NCBI GenBank assembly: GCA_023245155.1
Contig: JAHFKV010000001.1
Coordinates: 139,034-203,033, forward strand
Direction: 5' to 3'
DNA: 64,000 bases
From: Candidatus Staskawiczbacteria bacterium
GTDB taxonomy: Bacteria > Patescibacteriota > Minisyncoccia > Minisyncoccales > Staskawiczbacteraceae
Shown here in pieces: positions 16,321-25,551 of the stretch. Under the pieces are notes generated by a model. It searched no databases and was not told where the DNA came from. It was given only the letters and a program-made list of their open reading frames with translations. The position numbers were made by a program, and so were the translations under genes. How positions within the stretch are numbered: the first letter of the stretch is position 1; the number at the start of each line of letters is the position of its first letter.

Positions 16321-18318
16321 CTACACCAAGAACGCCACAATCAACAATGCCACAATGTTCAAAACCTTAATCATTGGGTTAATCGCTGGACCAGCGGTGT
16401 CTTTATAAGGGTCGCCGACGGTGTCGCCGGTAACTGCTGCTTGGTGAGCAAAAGAACCTTTACCGCCATGGTTACCCTCTTCAATGTATTTCTTGGCATT
16501 GTCCCATGCAGCTCCGCCCGTAGTCATAGAAATTCCCACAAACAAACCAGTTACAATTGAGCCAATCAGCAATCCTCCCAAAGCCTGGACGCCCAAGAAG
16601 AATCCCACGAGCACCGGGGCTACCACGGTAATAATTACCGGCAACATCATTTCTTTCAAAGCAGCTTTGGTTACAATGTCCACACACTTGCCATATTCCG
16701 GTTTAGCCGTGCCTTCCATTAAACCTTTAATTTCTCTAAATTGTCTGCGCACTTCTTCCACTACCTTGCCGGCCGTTTTTCCAACCGCTCCCATCAAGAA
16801 GCTGGCAAACAAATATGGCAGCAATCCTCCAATCAACAAACCGGCAATGACCCTTGGATTGTCCAAAGCAAAATTGGCAGCGCTTGCCGATCCCGTCAGA
16901 TCAATGACTCTCTGGCTGTAAGCAGCAAACAGTACCAGGGCAGCTAATCCGGCTGAAGCAATGGCATAACCTTTGGTCACCGCTTTCGTGGTATTTCCCA
17001 CAGCATCCAAGGCGTCAGTAATTTTCCTGATGTCTTCGGGCATGCCAGACATTTCTGCAATTCCTCCGGCGTTGTCGGTGATGGGACCGAAAGCATCAAT
17101 ACCCACCACAATTCCTGAAAGCGAGAGCATCGCGGTAACCGCCAATGCCACACCGTAAATGCCAGCTAACCAGAAGGTGGTAATGGTTGCCGCTGCAATA
17201 AGTAAAACAGGTAAAGCAGTTGACTGCATACCCAAGCCAATGCCACGGATAATGTTGGTACCATGGCCAGTTTCTGAAGCTTGGGCAATTGAACGCACCG
17301 GGTTAAACTTTTTTGATGTGTAATATTCGGTAATGACGAACATGCCAACGGCAACCACTAAACCAACAATGGTTGAAAGATACAAATTCATTACAGAAAT
17401 GTCTTGCCCAGCCATCATATTGCTAATTAATGGATAAAATCCAATAGCTGACAAAACGACTGCCACTGCCAAACCCTTGTACATCGCCCCCATAATAGAC
17501 TTGTCTTTGCCAAGCCGTACAAAGAAACTGCCGATAATGGAAGTTAAAATAGAAACGCTGCCCAGCATCAATGGCAACAAGACAAACTGAATGGCGCGAG
17601 GGAAAAGCAGAGCTCCTAAAATCATGGTGGCTACCATGGTGACTGAGTAAGTTTCAAAAATATCAGCAGCCATGCCGGCATTGTCTCCCACCTCGTCTCC
17701 AATTAAGTCTGCAATCACAGCTGGATTTCTGGGATCATCTTCTGGAATAGACTTTTCTACTTTTCCAACCAAGTCAGCTCCCACATCAGCGGCTTTGGTG
17801 TAAATACCTCCGCCAACCCGGGCAAACATGGAAATCAAGCTGGCTCCAAATCCCAAACCAATTAGACCGCTCAAACCAGTCAAAAAGTAATATCCTGCAA
17901 CTGACAAAAGGCCCAAGCTCACTACCATCAAGCCGGTGATTAAACCGCCCTTAAATGACAAATCCAAGGCAAATGCCAAGCCCCTCTTGGCGCCTTCAGC
18001 CACGCGAGTGTTGGCCCGGGTTGAAACCCACATGCCAATAAATCCTGAAAGTCCGCTTAGCACCGCGCCGATTAAAAATCCAATGGCAATCTTCCAGCCC
18101 AAGACAATCCAGAGCAGCACCAACAACACGGCCGCAACAATTGCAACCGTTTTTGACTGGCGACTAAGGTAAGAAGCCGCTCCTTCTTGAATAGCGGCGG
18201 TAATAGCAACAGCCTTATCTTTAGCGGCAGGAGCTTTGCTGACCTGCATGACTAAAAAGATGACGAACGCAATTGCGAATAACGAAACGATGATGGGGAA
18301 ATAGGTGATGAGCATCAT
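16321..18318 (-). CDS. hppA: membrane-bound ion-translocating pyrophosphatase
   Basis: About 16 TM segments, with [28 protein letters not shown] and [11 protein letters not shown] motifs. Start moved to ATGATG at 18318, because the upstream GTG lies inside the repeated leader motif. Confidence 0.95.
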   Translation of the reverse strand: MMLITYFPIIVSLFAIAFVIFLVMQVSKAPAAKDKAVAITAAIQEGAASYLSRQSKTVAIVAAVLLVLLWIVLGWKIAIGFLIGAVLSGLSGFIGMWVSTRANTRVAEGAKRGLAFALDLSFKGGLITGLMVVSLGLLSVAGYYFLTGLSGLIGLGFGASLISMFARVGGGIYTKAADVGADLVGKVEKSIPEDDPRNPAVIADLIGDEVGDNAGMAADIFETYSVTMVATMILGALLFPRAIQFVLLPLMLGSVSILTSIIGSFFVRLGKDKSIMGAMYKGLAVAVVLSAIGFYPLISNMMAGQDISVMNLYLSTIVGLVVAVGMFVITEYYTSKKFNPVRSIAQASETGHGTNIIRGIGLGMQSTALPVLLIAAATITTFWLAGIYGVALAVTAMLSLSGIVVGIDAFGPITDNAGGIAEMSGMPEDIRKITDALDAVGNTTKAVTKGYAIASAGLAALVLFAAYSQRVIDLTGSASAANFALDNPRVIAGLLIGGLLPYLFASFLMGAVGKTAGKVVEEVRRQFREIKGLMEGTAKPEYGKCVDIVTKAALKEMMLPVIITVVAPVLVGFFLGVQALGGLLIGSIVTGLFVGISMTTGGAAWDNAKKYIEEGNHGGKGSFAHQAAVTGDTVGDPYKDTAGPAINPMIKVLNIVALLIVAFLV

Positions 18319-18421
18319 GAATTTTGAGCGAAGCGAGAAATTCACTTTGAAAATCAGGTTGAAATTTTAATAGAACGTATCTACTAGACCTGATTTTCAT
18401 TGCGACACATTACTTCGTTCG
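18319..18421 (-). promoter_or_regulatory. conserved leader motif, copy E2 (with hairpin insert)
   Basis: Gene orientation: CGAAGTAATGTGTCGCAATG-[gaaaatcaggt/acctgattttc hairpin]-AAAGTGAATTTCTCGCTTCGCTCAAAATTC-ATG. Confidence 0.6.
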
Positions 18422-18467
18422 TTAATTATTAATTATTTTAATTTTATTTTTTCCATTTAAAGGTGGA

Positions 18468-19574
18468 TTAGAAGCCATCATAATTCCGCATACTGATATT
18501 GGTAATTTCAACCTGAGCGCCATCTGGACCGTAAAGATTAAATCCTAAAACTGTGTCTTTTTTACCAAGCCAAGAAGGATCACTCATTATAACGCTAAAT
18601 GTATCAGGTGTATCTCCCCAAATATAATCCTTACTTTTAATGGTAGCCACAGGAACCGAGTCTAATGTTACCGTTAATGTCGCATCGCTGGATGTCGGGA
18701 AATCGTAATCAAATTCAGTTACAAAGGCTTTATTAGGAGTATACACTGCTTGAGATAGTGTCACTGGCACATTGTCATTTCCCTGCTTTGTTAGCTGAGC
18801 CCAATGGACGTTAGCTCCATATTTTTCATTATACTTTTTCTCTACCACATCTTTGCTTGATGGCTTTTCTGCCGAAAAAGATATATTAGAAAATACTTCG
18901 TTCAATTTGTGGTTAGAGAGTGTAAAGATTACTAATTTACCGCTTAAACTCTTGAAAAAATAGCAACTCATTGAAATGCCATTCTTACTCCCACTTACCC
19001 TAAGCATCTTAATTCCATCAATGTATTCCATTCCAGCACTCTCTTTTCTAAACGATGTTTCAAGCGGATCGCAGAAAGTTTTTTCATACAGAGCTATATT
19101 ATCATTGTAATTCTCTACAGAGAGTTCCTCATTGAATGCCGGCATAATATCAACTCGCCCTGCATTAAAATAAGAAGGGCCCGAGTAATAAATGATTGCT
19201 GATTCATAAGACCCTTTAATGCTATTGATTTTTTGCTCTTGATTAGGCCCCAACAGCTTTACGTTATAGCTAGCCAGATAGTCAAATGAAACGCCATACT
19301 CACTAATAGAATAAGGCAACATGTTAAAAACAGGCTGCTGAATCTGCACTTGTTCTTGAGATTGCTTCTGATTGCTCCCCGAGAGTTGTGGCTGGTTAAC
19401 AGTTTGAATAGCTTCTTGCTGCTGATTTTGAGCTGATTCTGTTCCCGGCCCTGGCAATGAAGCTGGGATAGAATAATTTTTGTATACAAAATATCCACCA
19501 ACCGCCAGCATTACCAGCACTGCCACCATTAAGATTATCGTAATAATTCCGACGATTCCTTTTTGGTTTTGCAT
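18468..19574 (-). CDS. hypothetical membrane-anchored secreted protein
   Basis: 368 aa with an N-terminal TM helix and a Q-rich linker. No family recognised. Confidence 0.5.
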   Translation of the reverse strand: MQNQKGIVGIITIILMVAVLVMLAVGGYFVYKNYSIPASLPGPGTESAQNQQQEAIQTVNQPQLSGSNQKQSQEQVQIQQPVFNMLPYSISEYGVSFDYLASYNVKLLGPNQEQKINSIKGSYESAIIYYSGPSYFNAGRVDIMPAFNEELSVENYNDNIALYEKTFCDPLETSFRKESAGMEYIDGIKMLRVSGSKNGISMSCYFFKSLSGKLVIFTLSNHKLNEVFSNISFSAEKPSSKDVVEKKYNEKYGANVHWAQLTKQGNDNVPVTLSQAVYTPNKAFVTEFDYDFPTSSDATLTVTLDSVPVATIKSKDYIWGDTPDTFSVIMSDPSWLGKKDTVLGFNLYGPDGAQVEITNISMRNYDGF

Positions 19575-19596
19575 AGTTTTACCTTTTCCTTGAAGA

Positions 19597-20862
19597 TTAA
19601 TCAGTTTTTTCTTCGTTTTCTTCTTTCACTTTCTTCGTTTTCTTTTTTGGTTTTTCCTCACCAGCATCAGCCGTCTTTACCCCGTCAAATTGTTCCGCAT
19701 CTTGCGGAACACCGCTTTCGGCGGATTTGACTGGGTGAATATCAATCTTCCAGCCCGTTAATTGAGCAGCTAAGCGCACATTTCTGCCTTCTTTTCCGAT
19801 GGCCAGACTTAACTGGTCTTCAACCACAAATACTTCCGCAGAATTGTTATCAGCAATTTCAACTTTGGTAGCTTTGGCCGGGCTCAAAGCATTAGCAATA
19901 TATTTTTGCGCATCTTCTTGCCACAAAATCACATCAATTTTTTCTCCGCCCAATTCATTAATAACTGCCATGATTCTGGTTCCGCGCTGGCCCACACAGC
20001 TGCCGATGGGGTCAATCCTGTCTTCAGTGCTGGCCACGGCCATTTTTGTCCGGTAACCTGGTTCGCGGGCAATTGATTTTATCACCACAACACCGCCGGC
20101 AATTTCTGGTACCTCTAATTCAAACAAGCGCGAAACTAATTTGGGGTAAGCGCGGCTCAACAAGACAGCCGAGCCCTTGGGGGTATCTTCCACCTTTAAA
20201 ATGTAAAACTTCAAGCGAGCGCCCTGCTTGTAAAATTCGCCGGGAATTTGCTCTTCCCGATTTAAAATGCCCAAGGTTTTGCCAATATCTACCAGCACGG
20301 TATTTCCCTCAACTCGTTGCACAATTCCGGAAATAATTTCCCCTTCTTTGCTTTTGTATTCAGAGGCAATCACACCTTTTTCCGCCTCCCGTATTTTTTG
20401 CAAAATCACCTGCTTGGCAGTTTGGGCGGCAATACGGCCGTAATCCTGCTTTGAAACCAAGGGAATTTCCAATTCTTCACCTAGTTTTATTTTTGGCGCG
20501 GCTTTTTTGGCCTCGTCAATCATGATGTGCTTTTCAGGATTGAAAACCACTTTTTTAGGTGCTTCTTCCCCTTCAATATGCCGGTCAAAATCTTCAGCCG
20601 GTACCAATTTCTGGGCTTTTAATTCTTCAATTTCTTCTTCGGTATACAGCATGCTTTCATCTACTACCAATTTTACCTGCCAAAACTGGGCGTCTCCTGA
20701 AACCTGATTAAACTTGGCTTTGATTTTTTGCCCTTTTTGGCCGTAGTCTTTTTTGTACGCGGTAGCCAAAGCGGCCTCAATGGTTTCTATAATTGATTCG
20801 GTTGAAATACCGCGGGTTTCTGCAATTTGCGCTAAGGCGCGTTGAAATGATTTAATGTCCAT
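19597..20862 (-). CDS. nusA: transcription termination/antitermination factor NusA
   Basis: N-terminal domain, S1-like domain and two KH domains (GSCVGQRGTRI, AIGKEGRNVRLA), plus a K/E-rich tail. Confidence 0.95.
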   Translation of the reverse strand: MDIKSFQRALAQIAETRGISTESIIETIEAALATAYKKDYGQKGQKIKAKFNQVSGDAQFWQVKLVVDESMLYTEEEIEELKAQKLVPAEDFDRHIEGEEAPKKVVFNPEKHIMIDEAKKAAPKIKLGEELEIPLVSKQDYGRIAAQTAKQVILQKIREAEKGVIASEYKSKEGEIISGIVQRVEGNTVLVDIGKTLGILNREEQIPGEFYKQGARLKFYILKVEDTPKGSAVLLSRAYPKLVSRLFELEVPEIAGGVVVIKSIAREPGYRTKMAVASTEDRIDPIGSCVGQRGTRIMAVINELGGEKIDVILWQEDAQKYIANALSPAKATKVEIADNNSAEVFVVEDQLSLAIGKEGRNVRLAAQLTGWKIDIHPVKSAESGVPQDAEQFDGVKTADAGEEKPKKKTKKVKEENEEKTD

Positions 20863-20914
20863 GAATTTGGAACGAAGTGAGAAGGTCGCGAGTTTGCGAC
20901 ACCTTATTCGTTAT
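20863..20914 (-). promoter_or_regulatory. conserved leader motif, copy E3
   Basis: Gene orientation: CGAATAAGGTGTCGCAAACTCGCGACCTTCTCACTTCGTTCCAAATTC-ATG(nusA). Confidence 0.6.
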
Positions 20915-20933
20915 TTAATTTTTTAAATAAAAA

Positions 20934-20951
20934 GTCCGTTTTCAGACGGAC
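20934..20951 (-). terminator. terminator after yraN operon
   Basis: gtccgt/acggac stem, followed on the minus strand by TTTTTATTT. Confidence 0.6.
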
Positions 20952-21005
20952 AAAAAAGTTAATCAGTATTAATTGCAATAAGTGTAGCAAAAACCAACAG
21001 CCATG

Positions 21006-21377
21006 TCAACCTTCCACCGCATTGGGGAAATAGTGAAGTTTAGCTACGCGAGTATTTTGATTGGCCAGAATACCAATGATGTCAATTTGGTAGGCCGCAT
21101 CCTGCCTGTACTTATTTTTTTCAAGCCAGATTTGAGCCATTTGGCGGAGCTTTCTTTGTTTTCGATAATCTACGTGTTCCTCGGGCGCAAAATTATAGCC
21201 ATTATCAGCCATAGCTTTCACTTCCACAAAATGAATCGTTTTGTCTCTTTTAGCAATAATGTCAATTTCTCCAAACGTTATCCTATAGTTTTTCCCTAGA
21301 ATTTTAAACCCCTTTTCCACCAGATATTCACAGGCCATTTTTTCACCCAAATCGCCCAACTCCTTGGTGGTCATCAC
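21006..21377 (-). CDS. yraN: YraN-family (UPF0102) endonuclease
   Basis: LGDLGEKMACEYLVEKGFKILGKNYRITFGEIDIIAKRDKTIHFVEVK is the family signature. Confidence 0.8.
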   Translation of the reverse strand: MMTTKELGDLGEKMACEYLVEKGFKILGKNYRITFGEIDIIAKRDKTIHFVEVKAMADNGYNFAPEEHVDYRKQRKLRQMAQIWLEKNKYRQDAAYQIDIIGILANQNTRVAKLHYFPNAVEG

Positions 21378-22318
21378 TTTTTAATGGGAGGATATAATTG
21401 TTGGTCTATGCTTCTTGAGAAACAGGTCCTGCCTTTGCCATGGCTCCACAATCTGTCATTAAACTGACTAGGCAAAGTATAAGATGATGTTGGCTTAAAA
21501 TCATTCGGCAAATTGAAATCCGCACAAAGCTCAAAAACTAATTCTGTGGGGGCTGTGATTTTATATTCGTAAGGAGTATTAGTTTGGGAATCAAACGGAG
21601 TAATATAACCTGAAAAAGCATCATTTAAACTAGAAAGAGACTCTGGCAATTGTCCTTTTCTTTGCCAGTAGTATGCGACTTGTGATTGGATATTTTGCAA
21701 ATCGCTGATTTTTTGCTGATCAAATTGCTGCTGGCGGGCGGTGAAGGGCGAACCAACAATGAAGAAAGCGCCAACAATGCCAATCAAGACAACTGCACCG
21801 CAAACCCAAGCCACATATTTTGCCAATTTGGCGGGCACGCTCCTTCTGACATCATCCAAATAATATCCAAAAACAACTCCGGCAACGATAATAATGGAAA
21901 GCGCTTTTAACAAAAATCTTGGGGTGGTTTCGCCGCCAAGCAGATTATTGATGACAAAAATTAAGTCTCCAATAATAACCAAAGCCGCGATAAAAAGCGT
22001 AAGATAGATGAGCCACTTTCTAATTTTTGATTCGCGCACCGCCGATTCTTTAGCATAAATCTTGTTTAAAAACCATGACGTGGCAATAAAAACCGGAAAA
22101 ACAATAATCAGCGAGCTTACGGCAAAACGAACGTTGCCGGCAAAGCCATAATTGTAATTTAACACATCCGGAAAAAAGTAATTGACATACTGCCAGCAGA
22201 GCGTGATAACACTGATGGCCGACCAGTATAAGGTGACGATAGCCAAGAGATGCAAAAATACATCACGGGGAAGATTTCTTGCTTGCCCCGAGCCAGGTCT
22301 AAGGGTTGTTTCACTCAT
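21374..22318 (-). CDS. multi-pass membrane protein (possibly DUF5671-like N-terminus)
   Basis: 314 aa with about six TM helices, then a soluble C-terminal domain. Family call is from memory only. Confidence 0.45.
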   Translation of the reverse strand: MSETTLRPGSGQARNLPRDVFLHLLAIVTLYWSAISVITLCWQYVNYFFPDVLNYNYGFAGNVRFAVSSLIIVFPVFIATSWFLNKIYAKESAVRESKIRKWLIYLTLFIAALVIIGDLIFVINNLLGGETTPRFLLKALSIIIVAGVVFGYYLDDVRRSVPAKLAKYVAWVCGAVVLIGIVGAFFIVGSPFTARQQQFDQQKISDLQNIQSQVAYYWQRKGQLPESLSSLNDAFSGYITPFDSQTNTPYEYKITAPTELVFELCADFNLPNDFKPTSSYTLPSQFNDRLWSHGKGRTCFSRSIDQQLYPPIKK

Positions 22319-22413
22319 ATTTTTTGTTTAGTTAATTGCTTTATACTCATAATAGGTGGTATAGTGAAAAAGGTAAAGGTCTTAATAATAAATTTTAAAT
22401 TTATATTACAAAC

Positions 22414-22572
22414 ATGGAAGACGATAAAAAACAAGCTATGATGGGCATGACCTGCAAATGCGGTTCAGGCAAAACCTACGCTGAATGCTGTGGCAACCAG
22501 CCCTGCGCATGCGGATCTGGTAAAATGGACAAAGACTGCTGCATGAAAAATGCACCAGAAGCAACTGCGTAA
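22414..22572 (+). CDS. 52-aa Cys-rich protein with two SEC-C-type metal-binding motifs (not in ORF track)
   Basis: MEDDKKQAMMGMTCKCGSGKTYAECCGNQPCACGSGKMDKDCCMKNAPEATA. CxCGSGKxxxxCC occurs twice. Followed by a hairpin terminator. Confidence 0.55.
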   Translation: MEDDKKQAMMGMTCKCGSGKTYAECCGNQPCACGSGKMDKDCCMKNAPEATA

Positions 22573-22585
22573 TTTTAGTTCAACA

Positions 22586-22619
22586 AAAAAACTGCTAGCT
22601 TAATTGTCGGCAGTTTTTT
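22586..22619 (+). terminator. putative terminator
   Basis: aaaaactgc/gcagttttt stem with a 14-nt loop and a T-run. Confidence 0.5.
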
Positions 22620-22636
22620 GTTGATACACATTTTTG

Positions 22637-22707
22637 TCGGGACAGGGCGAATTGAACACCCGCTACACGACCCCCAGCCGTGCGTACTACCTCTATACGA
22701 CAGCCCG
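22637..22707 (-). tRNA. tRNA-Pro(GGG) with imperfect acceptor stem
   Basis: Reverse complement gives anticodon stem cacgg/tcgtg with loop ctGGGgg and T-arm gggtgttcaattcgccc. The acceptor cgggctg/tgtcccg has one C:U mismatch and two G:U pairs. Confidence 0.6.
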
Positions 22708-22717
22708 TAATAATATA

Positions 22718-23959
22718 TTATTTATAAACGTAATACAGATTCCCGCCAAAGTCATCTGTAAAAAAGAAACTAGAATCAGAGTCGGGTAAAATATCTACTG
22801 GGCGGGCGTAGCACGTACCATTGTGTAAAAATCCAGTGACAAAATCTGTTACTGTTCCTTGCTGGTCAATGTGTACTATTTTATATCCATGCGCCAGTGA
22901 AACCGTACTTGAACCGTGCAGTGAAAGTAAAAAACTATTAGCCAATTCCAATGCCGCACTAGCTCCGAAAAATGCCAACCCAAGCGGAGCTGCGTGGGCG
23001 GGGAAGGCGGCGGCGGCCGAAGGGACTGCTGAGCAATCAATAGGGTGATCCCACGCTTGAGTATTGTTTGTATAGATCTTTGATTGGTATTGATAGCAAT
23101 ATGGCCAGCCATAATTAGTGCCAGGTTTGATTAGATACAAAGCCTCTTCGGGTTTATCGTCACCCAGTTTATCAGCGCCCATAGCAGAGACATATAGTTG
23201 ATCACCTTTAAAATAAAGGCCGACGGCGTTGCGAAGTCCACTAGCAATGATTTGCTGGTTTGAACCATTTGCATCCATTTGTATAATAGAAGCCCGCATT
23301 GGCTCTTCGGTTTTTTCTTCGCACGAATCACAACTTGAACCAACCGAAACATACACCTTATCATTGTGTACTTTGACGGTACGAGTCAAATGCCAACCGC
23401 CATATTTGTAACTTAGCCCGTAGGCAGGAAATGTTGCCAGCACTTCTGGTGCTGACGTGGGGACAATTTCACCAAGCGTAAAGCGGTAGCGAACCAGCTG
23501 GTCAGTAAGCGCAACGTAGAGCCAGTTGACTCCAATCGGATCTGTGTAAAATGCAACACTGTTGGGATTTCGTAAACCAGAAAGATAGGTGGTGCGGCTT
23601 TCAAATTTTTTGGTGGCAGTATTAAAGTGATCCAAAATATATATTTTGCCCTCTGAATTATCGGATAAATCTTTCATATCAGTTACAAAAAGCCGCCCAT
23701 CGGGACTTTTGGCCATAAAACGTACTCTGTTTAAGCCGGTTGCGGCAGTTGCAATATTAAATCCTTTGGGAATTGAAAGCGAGAATGCAGTTCCGGCGGC
23801 GGTTAGCACATGTGGTTCAAGTGTAAAAGGAACCGATGAGCTAGAATTATTTTGGACTGGCTGGGGCACTTTTGAAGGTTTCAAATAAAAAACAATGCCA
23901 ACTATGGCTATCGCAACAACTGCTAAAAAAATTATGGTCTTTTTTTGAAAGGAATTCAT
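22718..23959 (-). CDS. PQQ-dependent sugar (glucose/sorbosone) dehydrogenase-like beta-propeller protein, membrane anchored
   Basis: GLRNPNSVAF, GGWHLTRTV, SGLRNAVGL and GTNYGWPYCY motifs, plus an N-terminal TM helix. Confidence 0.65.
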   Translation of the reverse strand: MNSFQKKTIIFLAVVAIAIVGIVFYLKPSKVPQPVQNNSSSSVPFTLEPHVLTAAGTAFSLSIPKGFNIATAATGLNRVRFMAKSPDGRLFVTDMKDLSDNSEGKIYILDHFNTATKKFESRTTYLSGLRNPNSVAFYTDPIGVNWLYVALTDQLVRYRFTLGEIVPTSAPEVLATFPAYGLSYKYGGWHLTRTVKVHNDKVYVSVGSSCDSCEEKTEEPMRASIIQMDANGSNQQIIASGLRNAVGLYFKGDQLYVSAMGADKLGDDKPEEALYLIKPGTNYGWPYCYQYQSKIYTNNTQAWDHPIDCSAVPSAAAAFPAHAAPLGLAFFGASAALELANSFLLSLHGSSTVSLAHGYKIVHIDQQGTVTDFVTGFLHNGTCYARPVDILPDSDSSFFFTDDFGGNLYYVYK

Positions 23960-23960
23960 T

Positions 23961-25430
23961 TTACTTCACCCAATATTTGCTTTTTACGACAGAATCTTCT
24001 TTGCTTTGGACTTCCTCTTTTTCCCCCTTCGACTTTTCGGCCAATTCTTTTAATTCTTTGTCGGGCAAACCAGCCAACATTATAGCCTCTTTTTCCAAAA
24101 AAGCTTTAGTATTTTTTTTAGAGTCGTCCAAAACATGTCCTAACAGAATGTCTAGGATTTGTCCTATCTTCGGTCCCGGCGTAATTTTTAATAATTCCAT
24201 CAAATCATTTCCATTAACCTTAAGCATTTTTACAGAAATGGGATCCTTGGACACTTTCTCAATGATGTATTTTAAGTGGCGCAGTTTGTATGGCTCAGCC
24301 TTGGGCACACCACTGCCAATTCTATCTGCTTCCCGCACCTGCATTAATTCTTCCATGTTTTCTGGCCCTACATTTTTTATTAATCGGCGCACGGAAGATT
24401 CTGTTACCTCGTCCACATTGTAATAAAACATATGGTAACGGATGAGGGTAACTATTTTTTCAATATCCTTATTGGGAAACTTCAGGCGGTTTAAAATCTG
24501 AAACGCCATTTTAGCACCCACCATTTCGTGGTTGTAAAACGTGGCTTCTTTGCCTTCGCCGGTTTTTGAACGGGGTTTACCTACGTCATGCAGGAGCGCA
24601 GCAATCCGCACGTGCAAGTTGTACTTTTTTTTAGCGGTGTATTCTAAGGCTTTAAGGGCATGCCAATAGCAATCGTATACATGGTGCTTGTTCTGGCTAA
24701 CGCCATAATTTTCCTGCAATTCAGGGAGAATAAACTTCAATAAATTCAGACTGCGCAACAGTTCAATACCATCGGCCGCTTTTGGCGCCATAATCATTTT
24801 GACAAATTCATCGCGGATGCGTTCTTTTGAAACGGCCTCAATCCAAACATTATTTTTCTTAACTGCCTCAGCAGTTTTTGGTTCAATCTCAAAACTCAAC
24901 GTTGTGGCAAACCGCACCGCCCGCAGCATTCGCAAGGCATCTTCAGAAAAACGTTCGTTAGCGTCGCCCACCGTCCTGATGATTTTTTTCTTTAAATTGG
25001 CTTGACCATCAAATGGGTCGATTACTTTCTTATCCAAGCCCATCGCCATCGCATTAATCGTAAAATCGCGCCGACTCAAATCTTCTTCAAGTGTCTTGGC
25101 ATATTTGACCGCATCCGGATGCCGCTTGTCAGAATACTTAGCTTCTAAACGATATGTCGTAACTTCCACGATGCCGTCGGCAGTTTTTACCCCTACGGTC
25201 AAAAAATTATTTTCATAAAAACTATCAGGAAAGACTTTTTGAACGTCTTCTGGCTTAGCGTTAGTGGTCACATCCCAATCTTTTGGCTCAATACCCAATA
25301 AAAAATCACGCACGCATCCGCCCACGATGTAAGCTTCAAACCCGGCTTTTTGCAAAACCGATAAAATATTTTTTACTTCTCTGGGAATGACCATTACGCT
25401 TATGCTATCTGAAAAATTGATTAATTTCAA
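23961..25430 (-). CDS. cca: CCA-adding enzyme / poly(A) polymerase-family nucleotidyltransferase with HD domain
   Basis: GGCVRDFLLG...DWDV head domain, RDFTINAMA, and HD domain LLHDVGKP. Confidence 0.85.
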   Translation of the reverse strand: MKLINFSDSISVMVIPREVKNILSVLQKAGFEAYIVGGCVRDFLLGIEPKDWDVTTNAKPEDVQKVFPDSFYENNFLTVGVKTADGIVEVTTYRLEAKYSDKRHPDAVKYAKTLEEDLSRRDFTINAMAMGLDKKVIDPFDGQANLKKKIIRTVGDANERFSEDALRMLRAVRFATTLSFEIEPKTAEAVKKNNVWIEAVSKERIRDEFVKMIMAPKAADGIELLRSLNLLKFILPELQENYGVSQNKHHVYDCYWHALKALEYTAKKKYNLHVRIAALLHDVGKPRSKTGEGKEATFYNHEMVGAKMAFQILNRLKFPNKDIEKIVTLIRYHMFYYNVDEVTESSVRRLIKNVGPENMEELMQVREADRIGSGVPKAEPYKLRHLKYIIEKVSKDPISVKMLKVNGNDLMELLKITPGPKIGQILDILLGHVLDDSKKNTKAFLEKEAIMLAGLPDKELKELAEKSKGEKEEVQSKEDSVVKSKYWVK

Positions 25431-25466
25431 TTATTCTGGTAAAGTAATGCAACGGTTTGATTTACC

Positions 25467-25541
25467 GCTCCCGTAGTGAAATGGATATCACGACAGGCTT
25501 CGAACCTGTTATTGGGAGTTCGAATCTCTCCGGGAGCACCA
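25467..25541 (+). tRNA. tRNA-Arg(TCG), encoded CCA
   Basis: Acceptor gctcccg/cgggagc. Anticodon stem acagg/cctgt with loop ctTCGaa. T-loop agttcgaatct. Confidence 0.85.
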
Positions 25542-25551
25542 AGCAACATTT

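Noticed and set aside
18319-18345. GTG-initiated 9-codon extension of hppA
   Set aside because: This stretch is the conserved 3' block of the repeated leader motif. ATGATG at 18318 matches where the motif ends at other genes.
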